Source: an uncultured Alphaproteobacteria bacterium (GTDB lineage Bacteria; Pseudomonadota; Alphaproteobacteria; HIMB59). From it: a stretch of DNA of 64,000 nucleotides. Positions 12,425 through 23,017 of the stretch are shown here, one piece after another. A program made the position numbers and the translations under genes. How positions within the stretch are numbered: the first letter of the stretch is position 1; every line of letters starts with the position of its first letter. Location of the stretch: positions 90,682 to 154,681 of the forward strand of contig CACIPV010000001.1 of assembly GCA_902588615.1 (NCBI GenBank), given 5' to 3'. A model generated the notes under the pieces. The model had not been told where the DNA came from. It searched no databases and worked only from the letters and a program-made list of their open reading frames with translations.

Positions 12425-13120
12425 ATGAAGTATAAAGAGGAAATCTTAGAGGGTTTTTTTATAAAACGCTATAAGCGATTTTTTGTCGATTTAAAGATTG
12501 ATAATGTAGTTGTCACAGCTTACTGCCCAAATACAGGGTCACTTTTAGGTTTATTGAAAGAGGGTTCTAAAGTATTAGTTGCAAAAGTTGAAAACCCAAA
12601 TGCAAAATTAAAATATAGATTGGAGGCAATTAAATACCTCAAAACTTTTGTAGGTGTGAACACATCTCTACCAAATGACATAATTTTTAACGCAATGAGG
12701 GGAAAAAAAATTTTACAGGAAATTAAAGGTGATTTCAAAAAAGAGGTAAAATATGGAAAAAATTCTAGAATTGATATCTTTGCTAGCCACCCTAATGGAA
12801 ATACTTACATTGAGGTCAAATCAGTTACTTTATCAAGGAAAAAGAATTTAGCAGAATTTCCAGATGCAATTACTTCAAGGGGATCTAAACACCTAATTGA
12901 GTTAAGTAATATGTCCAAAAAAGGAAGTAAATGTTTTTTAATATATCTAATTCAACGAAATGATGTAGATAGATTTTCTATAGCTAAAGATTTGGATAAT
13001 GAGTATTATGAAAACTCTCTAATAGCAAAAAAAAGTGGCGTACAATTTAGAGCTTTTAAATGTGACGTATCATATAAAGGTATAAATATTACTGGTGAGA
13101 TAAATATTGATGAAAATTAA
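12425..13120 (+). CDS. sfsA: DNA/RNA nuclease SfsA
   Basis: RYKRF, CPNTGS, EVKSVTL, FPDAITSRGSKHL. Confidence 0.95.
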   Translation: MKYKEEILEGFFIKRYKRFFVDLKIDNVVVTAYCPNTGSLLGLLKEGSKVLVAKVENPNAKLKYRLEAIKYLKTFVGVNTSLPNDIIFNAMRGKKILQEIKGDFKKEVKYGKNSRIDIFASHPNGNTYIEVKSVTLSRKKNLAEFPDAITSRGSKHLIELSNMSKKGSKCFLIYLIQRNDVDRFSIAKDLDNEYYENSLIAKKSGVQFRAFKCDVSYKGINITGEINIDEN

Positions 13121-13886
13121 ATCGTACAAAAGTGATGAAGTAGAACCTTGTAGAGAGGCAAGTAAAATTACTGCAACTATTTTAGACGAACTAAATAATA
13201 TTATAAAAGAAGATGTCTCAACATCTGAGATTGATGATTATTGTTTAACAAGAATTCAAGAGCTAGGAGGCACACCTGCACCGTTGTTTTACAGAGGTTT
13301 TCCAAAGTCTACATGTACCTCATTAAATCATGTTATTTGTCATGGGATTCCAATCCATAATCGAAACCTTCAAAATGGGGATATTTTAAATGTAGATGTA
13401 ACGACAATAATTGATGGTTGGCATGGGGACTCATCAAGGATGTTTAAAGTAGGAGACATTTCAATTAAAGCAAGTAATCTATGCAAGGTTACCCACGATT
13501 GTTTGATAGAGAGTATTGGCGAGATAAAAGTTGGTGAGCCTATCAGTAGAATAGGAAAAAAAATTGAAGATATAGCAACTGCAAACAACTTTAGTGTTGT
13601 TAGAGATTTTTGTGGACATGGAGTTGGATTAAAGTTTCACGAGAATCCTAGTATTTTACACTATTACGATAGTGAGTATGATAAGGTAAAATTTGTAGAC
13701 GGAATGATTTTTACAATTGAACCCATGATCAATGTTGGTAAATATCAATCTAAAATACTTAAAGATGGTTGGACTGCAGTGACTAAAGATAAAACACTTA
13801 GCGCTCAGTACGAACATACGATATACATTAATGGTGATATTATTGAGATTCTAACAGAGTCACCAAGTAAGGCTTTTTATAATTGA
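13110..13886 (+). CDS. map: Methionine aminopeptidase type I
   Basis: CHGIP, DVT...GDSSRMF, GHGVG..FHE, FTIEPMIN, AQYEHT. Confidence 0.97.
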   Translation: MKIKSYKSDEVEPCREASKITATILDELNNIIKEDVSTSEIDDYCLTRIQELGGTPAPLFYRGFPKSTCTSLNHVICHGIPIHNRNLQNGDILNVDVTTIIDGWHGDSSRMFKVGDISIKASNLCKVTHDCLIESIGEIKVGEPISRIGKKIEDIATANNFSVVRDFCGHGVGLKFHENPSILHYYDSEYDKVKFVDGMIFTIEPMINVGKYQSKILKDGWTAVTKDKTLSAQYEHTIYINGDIIEILTESPSKAFYN

Positions 13887-15172
13887 TACCAAGATACTCT
13901 AGAAAAATTCTTAAAGAAATCTGGGAAGATAGTAATAAATTTCAAATATGGCTTGACCTTGAAATTCTCGCTTGTGAGGCAATGGAAAAATTGGGTCAGA
14001 TACCTAAAGGGACCTCAAACAAAATCAAAAAAAAAGCAAAGTTTACAGTAAAAGAAATAGAAAAAATTGAAGAAAAAACAAAGCACGATGTAATTGCTTT
14101 TTTAACAAATGTAGCAAAGTATGTAGGACCTGAGTCTAGGTATATTCATAAGGGACTAACTTCTAGTGATATTTTAGATACTTCTTTCTCCATACAACTT
14201 AACCAATCAAGTAATATAATTCTTGAAGGTTTAAAAACTATGAGTAAATCTCTTTTAAATATTGCAAAAAAACATAAGTACACATTATGTATCGGTAGAA
14301 GTCATGGTATTCACGCCGAAACGACTACTTTTGGATTAAAAATATTAGGATATCTAGCCGAAAACAAAAGAAACATAGATCGTCTTAAAAATTCGATAAA
14401 ACAAATTCAAACAATTCAAATGTCTGGTCCTGTAGGGACATATTCAAATATTGACACAAGGGTAGAGCAAATGATTGCTAAAAAATTAAAATTTTCAATC
14501 GAACCTGTCTCCACGCAGATAATTCCAAGAGACAGGCATGCGAACCTTTTTTGCTCTTTTGCTATTATTGCAAGCTCCATAGAACGTCTATCAACTGAAA
14601 TTAGACACTTACAAAGAACAGAAGTTTTAGAAGTTGAGGAAGGTTTTGGAAAAGGCCAAAAGGGTAGCTCGGCAATGCCTCATAAAAAAAATCCAATTTT
14701 ATCAGAAAATTTAACAGGACTAGCAAGAGTGATTAGATCGTTAACCATTCCTGCTTTGGAGAATATAACTTCATGGCATGAAAGAGATATAAGTCACTCC
14801 AGTGTTGAGAGAATAAACGCTCCCAATGCCACCATAACGCTCGACTTTGCAGTTCAAAGAATGATCAACGTTTTAAATAATTTAAATATAAATAAAAAAA
14901 ATATGATGAAAAATTTAAATCTTTTAAAAGGTCTACCCTATTCTCAAAATGTCCTGATTTTTCTTATTGAAAATAAAGTTTTAAGAGAAGATGCCTATAA
15001 GATTGTTCAAGATTGTGCTTTGAAAACTTGGAAAGGTAATATGTCTTTTAAAGATAATCTTTTGAGTCATCCTCGTTTAGCCAAATTAAAAATATCAAGT
15101 AAAGTTAATAATATCTTCAATAATAAAAATCTTTTTAAAAATGTTGATAAAATATTTAAAAGGATTAATTAA
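13883..15172 (+). CDS. purB: Adenylosuccinate lyase
   Basis: HDVIAF, GRSHGIHAE, GSSAMPHKKNP. Confidence 0.97.
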   Translation: MIPRYSRKILKEIWEDSNKFQIWLDLEILACEAMEKLGQIPKGTSNKIKKKAKFTVKEIEKIEEKTKHDVIAFLTNVAKYVGPESRYIHKGLTSSDILDTSFSIQLNQSSNIILEGLKTMSKSLLNIAKKHKYTLCIGRSHGIHAETTTFGLKILGYLAENKRNIDRLKNSIKQIQTIQMSGPVGTYSNIDTRVEQMIAKKLKFSIEPVSTQIIPRDRHANLFCSFAIIASSIERLSTEIRHLQRTEVLEVEEGFGKGQKGSSAMPHKKNPILSENLTGLARVIRSLTIPALENITSWHERDISHSSVERINAPNATITLDFAVQRMINVLNNLNINKKNMMKNLNLLKGLPYSQNVLIFLIENKVLREDAYKIVQDCALKTWKGNMSFKDNLLSHPRLAKLKISSKVNNIFNNKNLFKNVDKIFKRIN

Positions 15173-15888
15173 TGGCAGTAAAATTGAAAAAATTATATGA
15201 GGGAAAAGCAAAAATTATTTATGCCAAAACTAGTAAGGAGGTCATAGCTACCTATAAAAATGATGCTACAGCTTTTAATAATTTAAAAAAGGGCTCTATA
15301 AAGAATAAGGGTGCAATTAATAACGCTATATCGAGTTATTTATTTCAAATATTGAATCATTGTGATATTCCAACACACTTTATAAAGAAAATTGATAAAA
15401 AATCTCAGCTTTTAAAAAAAGTAGATATTATTCCAATTGAAGTTTTAGTTAGAAATTTCTTTGCTGGCTCTTTATCTAAAAAGTTTGGTGTAAAAGAAGG
15501 AACACAATTATCTGATACGTTAATTGAGTATTGTTTAAAATCGGATGAACTTGGAGATCCTCATATAAGTTCTGAACATATTCTTAATTTAGGTTTATGT
15601 GATTTTGATGAATTAGAGTTAATAGATGAATATTCTTTGAGAATAAATGACATATTAAGGTCAACGTTCTATTCTATAGGAATAAATCTAGTTGACTTTA
15701 AATTAGAATTTGGAATTTGTAAAAAAACTGATGAACTTGTTTTAGCAGATGAAATATCACCAGATACATGTCGTTTGTGGGATTTAAAAACAAATAAAAA
15801 ACTTGATAAAGATAGATTTCGTAGAGATTTAGGAAATATCGAAGAAGCATATGAAGAGGTGCTTAATAGGTTAAACTTGACAATTTAA
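15172..15888 (+). CDS. purC: SAICAR synthetase
   Basis: LYEGKAK, DFKLEFG, LADEISPDTCRLWD. Confidence 0.97.
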   Translation: MAVKLKKLYEGKAKIIYAKTSKEVIATYKNDATAFNNLKKGSIKNKGAINNAISSYLFQILNHCDIPTHFIKKIDKKSQLLKKVDIIPIEVLVRNFFAGSLSKKFGVKEGTQLSDTLIEYCLKSDELGDPHISSEHILNLGLCDFDELELIDEYSLRINDILRSTFYSIGINLVDFKLEFGICKKTDELVLADEISPDTCRLWDLKTNKKLDKDRFRRDLGNIEEAYEEVLNRLNLTI

Positions 15889-16127
15889 TGCGAATAAAAA
15901 TTTTAGTAAGACTTAAAGGCCAAATTTTAGAACCACAGGGAAAAGTAATTGAACAGTCACTTAATAGTTTAGGATTTACAGAATTTTCAAATATCCGACA
16001 GGGAAAACTCATTGAATTAGATTTACCCGATAATATAAGTAAAGAGGAAAAAGCACAAAAAATCGACTCTGCTTGCAAAAAACTTTTAGTCAACGATATT
16101 ATTGAAGAGTACGAAGTGCTTGGATGA
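15888..16127 (+). CDS. purS: FGAM synthase subunit PurS
   Basis: ILEPQG, RQGK, CKKLLVN.IIEEY; position between purC and purQ. Confidence 0.93.
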   Translation: MRIKILVRLKGQILEPQGKVIEQSLNSLGFTEFSNIRQGKLIELDLPDNISKEEKAQKIDSACKKLLVNDIIEEYEVLG

Positions 16128-16804
16128 GTTTTAAATCTGCTGTTATAACATTTCCTGGATCTAATTGTGACAGAGACGCATTATGCTACTTAAAAGATTT
16201 AACTAAAGGTGAGGTTCATAATATTTGGCATGAGGAGACATCATTACCAAAAGTTGATTTAGTAATTTTACCTGGAGGGTTTAGTTTTGGTGATTATTTA
16301 AGATCAGGAGCAATGGCATCAAAAAGTAAAATTATTGATGAGGTTGTAAAACATGCAAATGATAATAGATATTTATTAGGTATTTGTAATGGCTTTCAAA
16401 TTTTAACTGAAATTGGACTTCTTGAAGGAGCATTAATTCGAAATAAAAAACTTAAATTTTTAGGAAAAAATTGTTTTATTAAAAAAAAATTTAAAAATAA
16501 TTTTAATTTATCAATCAAAGATAACCAAATTCTTCAAATACCTGTAGCTCATAACGAGGGAAATTTTTATTGTGATACTGAGACTTTAAATTTATTAAAA
16601 AATAATGAACAAATTGCATTTGAATATTGCAAAGGTGAATTCTCAAACACTGAAGAAAATATAAATGGTTCAATAGAGGCTATTGCAGGTATTACAAATA
16701 AAAAAAAGAATGTTCTTGGAATGATGCCTCATCCCGAGAGAGCATATTCTGATTTTCATCAATCACAAGATGGAAGACTTATTATAGAGTCTTTAATTTC
16801 ATGA
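16124..16804 (+). CDS. purQ: FGAM synthase glutaminase subunit
   Basis: FPGSNCD, PGGFSFGDYLR, GICNGFQ, MMPHPER. Confidence 0.97.
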   Translation: MSFKSAVITFPGSNCDRDALCYLKDLTKGEVHNIWHEETSLPKVDLVILPGGFSFGDYLRSGAMASKSKIIDEVVKHANDNRYLLGICNGFQILTEIGLLEGALIRNKKLKFLGKNCFIKKKFKNNFNLSIKDNQILQIPVAHNEGNFYCDTETLNLLKNNEQIAFEYCKGEFSNTEENINGSIEAIAGITNKKKNVLGMMPHPERAYSDFHQSQDGRLIIESLIS

Positions 16805-18966
16805 ATGAAGAGTTAATACTTCAACACGGTTTAACTTTAGATGAATTTCATGTCATTAGGAAGTATCTAAACAGAGACTTAAGCATTGAGGAATTGGGTA
16901 TTTTTTCTGCTATGTGGAATGAACACTGTTGTTATAAAACTTCAAAAAAATGGCTTAAGAAACTCCCTACAGATAATGAAATTGTAATTCAGGGACCAGG
17001 AGAAAACGCTGGTGTAATTGATTTGCAAGATAACGATGGTATTGCGTTTAAAATAGAAAGCCACAATCATCCAAGTTACATAGAGCCTTTTAACGGTTCA
17101 GCAACAGGTGTTGGGGGTATACTACGAGATATATTTACAATGGGAGCAAGACCAATTGCTACTCTTGACTCAATTAGATTTGGTTTAATAGAAACTGAAA
17201 AGACAAAATACTTGTTAAATGGTGTGGTTCATGGAATCGGACACTATGGTAACTGTATTGGAATTCCTAATATTGGTGGTGAGTGTGAGTTTGAGTCAAC
17301 ATATGATTTTAATAATTTGGTTAATGCTATGGCTGTGGGACATGTTCAAAAAGATAAAATTTTTTACTCTAAACCAAAATCTATTGGTGGTCTTATTGTT
17401 TACATTGGATCTAAAACTGGAAAAGATGGAATTCATGGAGCAAGTATGGCCTCTGATGTTTTTTCAGAGGAAGATGAAGATGAAAAAAGACCCTCTGTAC
17501 AAGTTGGTGATCCCTTCATGGAAAAACTTTTAATGGAAGGGTGCTTAGAATTAATGTCTTCAGGATTAATAGAGTCTATGCAAGATATGGGAGCTGCAGG
17601 TATTACCTCCTCCAGTGTAGAAATGGCTTCAAAAGGAAATGTAGGTGTTTATATCAATCTTGATAAAGTTCCATTGAGGCAACCCCTGAGCGCCTATGAG
17701 ATACTTTTATCTGAAAGCCAAGAAAGAATGCTAGCTGTTATCGATAAAAAAAATAATCATAAAGTCAGAGAAATTCTTCAAAAATGGCAAATTGATTATG
17801 AAGTCATTGGAGAAATTACAGATACAAAAAGAGTTGTGTTTGAGTCAAATAATAAAAAAGTTGTCGATCTTCCTGTAGAAATAATTGTTGATGATGCTCC
17901 TGAATACGATAGAGAGTTTTACATCCCAAGAAAAAGAAAAAACAAAGATTTTGATTTTTCCAAAATTAAATTGGAAGATATGATAACTAACCTTCTTACA
18001 AATCTCAATTATTTAGATAAAAGTTGGGTTTTCGATCAATATGACTCTACTGTGATGGGAGATACTATTAGAGAACCAGGTCAATCATCAGGTATAGTAA
18101 AGATTCACGGAACACAAAAAGTTATTGGTGCATCTACAGACTGCAATCCATTGTACTTAAGAATCAATCCTTATGAAGGAATGAAATATACGGTTGCTGA
18201 ATCCTATAGAAACCTAATTGCTTGTAATATTAATCCTTTAGCGATTACAAATAACCTTAACTTTGCAAGTCCTTTAGATCCAAACATTATGGGAGAGTTG
18301 GTTTTATCTATTCATGGATTAAAAACTGCAGCTGTCAAATTCAATACACCTATTGTTTCAGGTAATGTATCTTTATATAACCAGACAAATGAAATACCAA
18401 TTAAACCTACACCTGTAATAGGAATGGTAGGTTCCAATATGGATTTAAATAAAATAAACACAAATAAGTTTTGTGAAATTGGTAATAAGATCCTTATTTT
18501 AGGAAAACAATTAAAAAAAAATTGTAGTCCTTACTTATTACAAGATCAAAAAATTGCTTTTAACATATGTGAATTTAATGACTTAGATGTATTAGATCTA
18601 GATTTTGAGAAAAAAATTGCAAATTGTGTTTTGGAATTATCAGATTTGAAATGCATTATGTCTTGCAATGATATTTCCAGGGGGGGTATCTTTTCGGCAT
18701 TATTAAAAATGCAATATAAGGATATGGGTTTTAGGGTCAAGGTCCCTGATCCTATTGATTTATTCTGCGAATATAGTGCTGGATATGTGATTGAAATCAG
18801 AAGTAAAGATTTTGAAGAAGTAACTTCATTTCTGACAAAAAAAGGTGCTGAATACCTCAAAATTGGGGAGATAGTTAAAGAAGGTATTGAGATAAACTCT
18901 AAAAAATTTGACTATTTTGATATTATGAATAAATATCGTAATGATTTTGAGAAGATAATTAGTTAG
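16801..18966 (+). CDS. purL: FGAM synthase subunit PurL
   Basis: GPGENAG, ESHNHPS, DMGAAG, LSESQERM, SGNVSLYN. Confidence 0.97.
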   Translation: MNEELILQHGLTLDEFHVIRKYLNRDLSIEELGIFSAMWNEHCCYKTSKKWLKKLPTDNEIVIQGPGENAGVIDLQDNDGIAFKIESHNHPSYIEPFNGSATGVGGILRDIFTMGARPIATLDSIRFGLIETEKTKYLLNGVVHGIGHYGNCIGIPNIGGECEFESTYDFNNLVNAMAVGHVQKDKIFYSKPKSIGGLIVYIGSKTGKDGIHGASMASDVFSEEDEDEKRPSVQVGDPFMEKLLMEGCLELMSSGLIESMQDMGAAGITSSSVEMASKGNVGVYINLDKVPLRQPLSAYEILLSESQERMLAVIDKKNNHKVREILQKWQIDYEVIGEITDTKRVVFESNNKKVVDLPVEIIVDDAPEYDREFYIPRKRKNKDFDFSKIKLEDMITNLLTNLNYLDKSWVFDQYDSTVMGDTIREPGQSSGIVKIHGTQKVIGASTDCNPLYLRINPYEGMKYTVAESYRNLIACNINPLAITNNLNFASPLDPNIMGELVLSIHGLKTAAVKFNTPIVSGNVSLYNQTNEIPIKPTPVIGMVGSNMDLNKINTNKFCEIGNKILILGKQLKKNCSPYLLQDQKIAFNICEFNDLDVLDLDFEKKIANCVLELSDLKCIMSCNDISRGGIFSALLKMQYKDMGFRVKVPDPIDLFCEYSAGYVIEIRSKDFEEVTSFLTKKGAEYLKIGEIVKEGIEINSKKFDYFDIMNKYRNDFEKIIS

Positions 18967-19200
18967 ATGCCTATTGAACAAAAAAAATTAGAAGGACTCC
19001 TTGAGATCAAATTTCCAAATTCAAAAATTGTAATTGAGGATCTTGCCGGTGATAACGATCATTATTCAGTTGAAATTGAAAGTGATATGTTTAACGGATT
19101 GTCACGTATACAACAACACCAATTAGTTTACAAATTACTAGATGGATTAATGGATAAAGAGCTTCATGCTATGCAATTAAAAACGAAAGGAACAAAATAA
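18967..19200 (+). CDS. bolA: BolA/IbaG family protein
   Basis: GDNDHY, QHQLVY, LHAMQL; adjacent to grxD. Confidence 0.92.
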   Translation: MPIEQKKLEGLLEIKFPNSKIVIEDLAGDNDHYSVEIESDMFNGLSRIQQHQLVYKLLDGLMDKELHAMQLKTKGTK

Positions 19201-19541
19201 TGGAATTAGAGAGTAGTACAAAAGAACAAATTGAAAAAATGATTGGAGATAATGAAGTTTTCCTATTTATGAAAGGTAACCCTGACTTTCCTATGTGTGG
19301 TTTCTCATCAGTCGCGAGCGCAATTTTAAAAAAAACTGGGGTTGAGTTTGGCCATTGTAATGTACTTGAAGATAACAACATTAGAGAAGGTATAAAAACT
19401 TACTCAAATTGGCCTACGATACCTCAACTTTACATAAAAAAAGAATTTGTAGGTGGTTGTGATATTATGAAAGAAATGGCTGAGTCTGGTGAACTTCTAG
19501 AATTACTAAACACAAAAGGCATCAAAACTGAAGTAAATTAA
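19200..19541 (+). CDS. grxD: Monothiol glutaredoxin Grx4
   Basis: FMKG...CGFS, WPTIPQLY, GGCD. Confidence 0.96.
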   Translation: MELESSTKEQIEKMIGDNEVFLFMKGNPDFPMCGFSSVASAILKKTGVEFGHCNVLEDNNIREGIKTYSNWPTIPQLYIKKEFVGGCDIMKEMAESGELLELLNTKGIKTEVN

Positions 19542-19564
19542 AAAAGGGGCATTTATTTTGCCCC
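19539..19564 (-). terminator. Intrinsic terminator between convergent grxD and TPR gene
   Basis: GGGGCA-N7-TGCCCC stem with a U-tract on the minus strand. Confidence 0.7.
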
Positions 19565-19569
19565 TCTCA

Positions 19570-20022
19570 TTAGTTATTTGAAATATAATTATTTAATTCT
19601 TTATAATAAGAATTATTTTCTCCAACTAGTTTTTTAAGTAAAGCTAAATTATTTAGGGCATTTTCTTTTTGACCAAGATCTACATACATCTCACCTTGGT
19701 ATTCGATAGCACCTAAGTGTTCTGGGTCTAATTCAAGAGCTTTTTTGTAATATTTTGCTGCATTATCAAAGTCTTCACTTTTTCTGTAAGCAAAACCTAA
19801 CTCATTGTAAACATCAGCTTTAGTAAAATCTGTTGAACTAGCAGTTATAAGAGTCTTCAGTTTTCTTATTGCCTTATCATAATCTTTGCTTCTTATTAAC
19901 TTTATTGCTGACTTATAATCTTTTCCATAATTAGTTTTAGCACTATCATTGGAGCTAGATCCAGCAGCGAAAAGGCTTGTAATAAAAAGAGAAAATATGA
20001 CTGTTAGTATTTTTATTTTCAT
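19570..20022 (-). CDS. Exported tetratricopeptide repeat protein
   Basis: Signal peptide; ADVYNELGFAYRK...YYKKALELDPEH TPR. Confidence 0.88.
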   Translation of the reverse strand: MKIKILTVIFSLFITSLFAAGSSSNDSAKTNYGKDYKSAIKLIRSKDYDKAIRKLKTLITASSTDFTKADVYNELGFAYRKSEDFDNAAKYYKKALELDPEHLGAIEYQGEMYVDLGQKENALNNLALLKKLVGENNSYYKELNNYISNN

Positions 20023-20081
20023 AAATATCTTTTCGAAATTTATGCGCTGTTAGATTAATTGAATAGATTATTAACTATTGA

Positions 20082-20699
20082 TTATCTAGAGTAGAATTCA
20101 ACGACTAAATTAGGCTCCATTTGAACAGGGTAAGGAACATCTGTCAATTGAGGTCCTCTAACAAATTTACCGAGACATTTTGATATTTCTAGTTGTAAAT
20201 ACTCAGGAACATCTCTTTCATTAGAGCTTAATGTTTGAATTATCATTGGAATATTCTGGCTAGTTTGTTGAAGGGATATTTCATCACCATCATTAACCTG
20301 ATAAGATTTTTTATTAACTACTTTACCGTTTACCAAAACATGCCCGTGATTTACTAGTTGTCTTGCGGAAAATACAGTTGGAGCAAACTTTAGTCTAAAC
20401 ACAACAGCATCTAATCTTCGCTCTAAAAGTTCAATTAGAATTTGACTAGTATCGCCTTTTTTTCTAGAGGCTGCTTGATAAATTTTTAGAAATTGTTTCT
20501 CAGTAATATCGCCATAATATTTTTTGAGCTTTTGTTTAGCTGCTAATTGAACTCCAAAATCAGAAGGTTTTCTTCTTCTTGCTTGACCATGTTGGCCAGG
20601 ACCATAGGGTCTTCTGTTAAAAGGACTTTTAGGTCTACCCCATAAATTTAGGCCTAGTCTTCTGTCAATTTTATGTTTTGACGATAGTCTTTTTGTCAT
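20082..20699 (-). CDS. rpsD: 30S ribosomal protein S4
   Basis: [34 protein letters not shown]. Confidence 0.98.
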   Translation of the reverse strand: MTKRLSSKHKIDRRLGLNLWGRPKSPFNRRPYGPGQHGQARRRKPSDFGVQLAAKQKLKKYYGDITEKQFLKIYQAASRKKGDTSQILIELLERRLDAVVFRLKFAPTVFSARQLVNHGHVLVNGKVVNKKSYQVNDGDEISLQQTSQNIPMIIQTLSSNERDVPEYLQLEISKCLGKFVRGPQLTDVPYPVQMEPNLVVEFYSR

Positions 20700-20709
20700 G
20701 AATTGGTGA

Positions 20710-20737
20710 TTTATATAGATTTAGCCTTTTAAGTCAA
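20710..20737 (-). promoter_or_regulatory. Putative rpsD promoter
   Basis: TTGACT-N16-TATAAA ending 10 nt before the ATG. Confidence 0.5.
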
Positions 20738-20738
20738 T

Positions 20739-21428
20739 TTATTTTGTAATAAATTTTAAAATTCCATAGGCTGTTTTTATTTGTTTTTGGTCTATTTTTG
20801 ATGTTTTTAAAAAATTTCTTAAAGATATTTCTAAATTATCTCTTTTGGATGAGATTGATGTAAATTTTCTTTTTTCTAGTATTTTCATCAGAAATGATAA
20901 AAATTTTTCAATATCTTTTGAGCTTGCAGGAGAATTTTCAAAAGTTGGATTAATATTAGATAGAGATATTTGACTCAATTCATAAGCAATTAAAGCTACA
21001 GTATGAGATAAATTGAGCGAACTCTTGTTGTATGTAGGTAAAGACAATAAAAAATTAGCATGCGATATTTCTTTATTGGACAATCCATTATTTTCTTGAC
21101 CAAACAAAATTGATATTTTTTTCGATTTTAGTTTAGATATTTCATTTACTTTTATTGGAGGTATGTGAAAGTCTCTTTTCCTCACTGTCGTTGCAATTAA
21201 GATATCACTACCTTTCATAGCTTCTGGTATTGATTGATATACTTTAACTTTTTTAACTAAGGGTGAAAAATGCTTTGCAGATTTTATTCCCTTATCATTA
21301 GGCCAAATTTTTCTTGGACTTACTAAGGATAAGTTCTCAAAACCAAAACATCCTATTGATCTTAGAGACATACCAACATTTTCAGATAACTGTGGTTTGT
21401 TTAGTATAAATTGAATTGTTTTTTTCAA
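20739..21428 (-). CDS. trmJ: TrmJ/LasT family SPOUT RNA methyltransferase
   Basis: PQLSENVG, LFGQENNGLSN, SLNLSH. Confidence 0.85.
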   Translation of the reverse strand: MKKTIQFILNKPQLSENVGMSLRSIGCFGFENLSLVSPRKIWPNDKGIKSAKHFSPLVKKVKVYQSIPEAMKGSDILIATTVRKRDFHIPPIKVNEISKLKSKKISILFGQENNGLSNKEISHANFLLSLPTYNKSSLNLSHTVALIAYELSQISLSNINPTFENSPASSKDIEKFLSFLMKILEKRKFTSISSKRDNLEISLRNFLKTSKIDQKQIKTAYGILKFITK

Positions 21429-23017
21429 GAGGACTTAATTAATTTATAAATTAAGCTCTCTCTAAGGGCGTTATAAGACGCATCAATTATATTAGTAGAG
21501 ACACCTACTGTTGTCCAAATGGATCCTTTTTGATCCTTCGTCTCTATAAGAACACGAACTATTGCATCTGTTCCTTTTTCTGAGGATAAAATTCTTACCT
21601 TAAAATCAGTTAATTCTAAATCCTCTAAAGCAGGGTAAAAGCCCATTAATGATTTTCTTAAAGCTTTGTCCAAAGCATTTACTGGACCATTTCCTACTTC
21701 TACATTCATGTATTCTTTTTTTTCAACTTCTATCCTTACAGTTGCTTCAGACTCAGTTACTAATTCTCCTTTAGCATTCCATCTTCTATCATCAATAACT
21801 TTAAATCTTTTTAATTCAAAGTACTCTGGGATACCGAAAAGAGTTTGTCTAGCTAGTATCTCAAAACTCGCAATTGCCTGATCGTAAGCGTAACCCTTAA
21901 ATTCTCTCTCTTTTACTTTTTGGAGTAAAAAATCTAATTTATCTGAATGGTCATCTGGGTTAATACCAACAGTATTTAAAAGAGATATGATATTAGATCG
22001 GCCAGATTGATCAGAAATTACAACTTTTCTAGTGTTACCTACTATTTCTGGGTCTATATGCTCATATGTTTTAGGGTCTTTGTTAATTGCTGAAACATGC
22101 AAACCTCCTTTATGTGAAAAGGCATTTTCACCAACATATGCTTGTTGAGTATTTGGCATACGATTTAAAATTTCATCTAAAAGCAATGAGGTTTTCTTTA
22201 AGGCTGATAATTTTTCTTTAGGAATACTAGTTTCAAATTTTGTTTTCAAAATTATTGAAGGAATAAGAGATACTAAATTAGCATTTCCACACCTTTCTCC
22301 TAATCCATTAATTGTGCCTTGAATTTGTCTAACTCCTGCTCGCACAGCAGCCAGTGAGTTGGCAACTGCATTTTCTGTATCATTATGCGCATGGATGCCC
22401 AGTTTTTCACCTGGTATATATTTTGTTACTTCTTGAACAATTGTCTCTACTTCATTTGGCAGAGTTCCACCATTAGTATCACACAATACTATCCACCTAG
22501 CTCCATTATTTAAAGCCTCAGTTAAACAATCTAATGCAAATTTAGGATCTGATTTATATCCATCAAAAAAATGCTCAGCATCATACATTGCCTCTAAACC
22601 TTTTTTATTGATATGAGCGATACTTTCACCAATCATTTTTAGATTATCAGATTTTGAAATACCTAAAGCCTTTTCGACCTGATATGAAGATGATTTCCCA
22701 ACAATGCAAATATGTTTTACATTTGTATTAATTAAAGTATTTAGACCTGGATCGTTTAAAACACTTGTATTAGGTCTTCTAGTCATTCCAAAAGCAACCA
22801 AACTAGAATTATTAAAATTTATTCTAGAATTAAAAAAACTATCATCAGTTGGATTTGACCCTGGCCAACCACCCTCAATATAATCTAAACCTAATTCATC
22901 GAGAGCATTAGAGAATTTGATTTTATCATCTACAGTAAAATCAACACCGGTAGTTTGTTGACCATCTCTTAATGTAGTGTCAAAAAAATAAATTTTATTT
23001 TCTAGTTTTTCTTCCAT
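21425..23017 (-). CDS. cimA: Citramalate synthase (LeuA-related)
   Basis: DTTLRDGQQ, EGGWPGSNP, HAHND, HKGGLH. Confidence 0.92.
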   Translation of the reverse strand: MEEKLENKIYFFDTTLRDGQQTTGVDFTVDDKIKFSNALDELGLDYIEGGWPGSNPTDDSFFNSRINFNNSSLVAFGMTRRPNTSVLNDPGLNTLINTNVKHICIVGKSSSYQVEKALGISKSDNLKMIGESIAHINKKGLEAMYDAEHFFDGYKSDPKFALDCLTEALNNGARWIVLCDTNGGTLPNEVETIVQEVTKYIPGEKLGIHAHNDTENAVANSLAAVRAGVRQIQGTINGLGERCGNANLVSLIPSIILKTKFETSIPKEKLSALKKTSLLLDEILNRMPNTQQAYVGENAFSHKGGLHVSAINKDPKTYEHIDPEIVGNTRKVVISDQSGRSNIISLLNTVGINPDDHSDKLDFLLQKVKEREFKGYAYDQAIASFEILARQTLFGIPEYFELKRFKVIDDRRWNAKGELVTESEATVRIEVEKKEYMNVEVGNGPVNALDKALRKSLMGFYPALEDLELTDFKVRILSSEKGTDAIVRVLIETKDQKGSIWTTVGVSTNIIDASYNALRESLIYKLIKSS

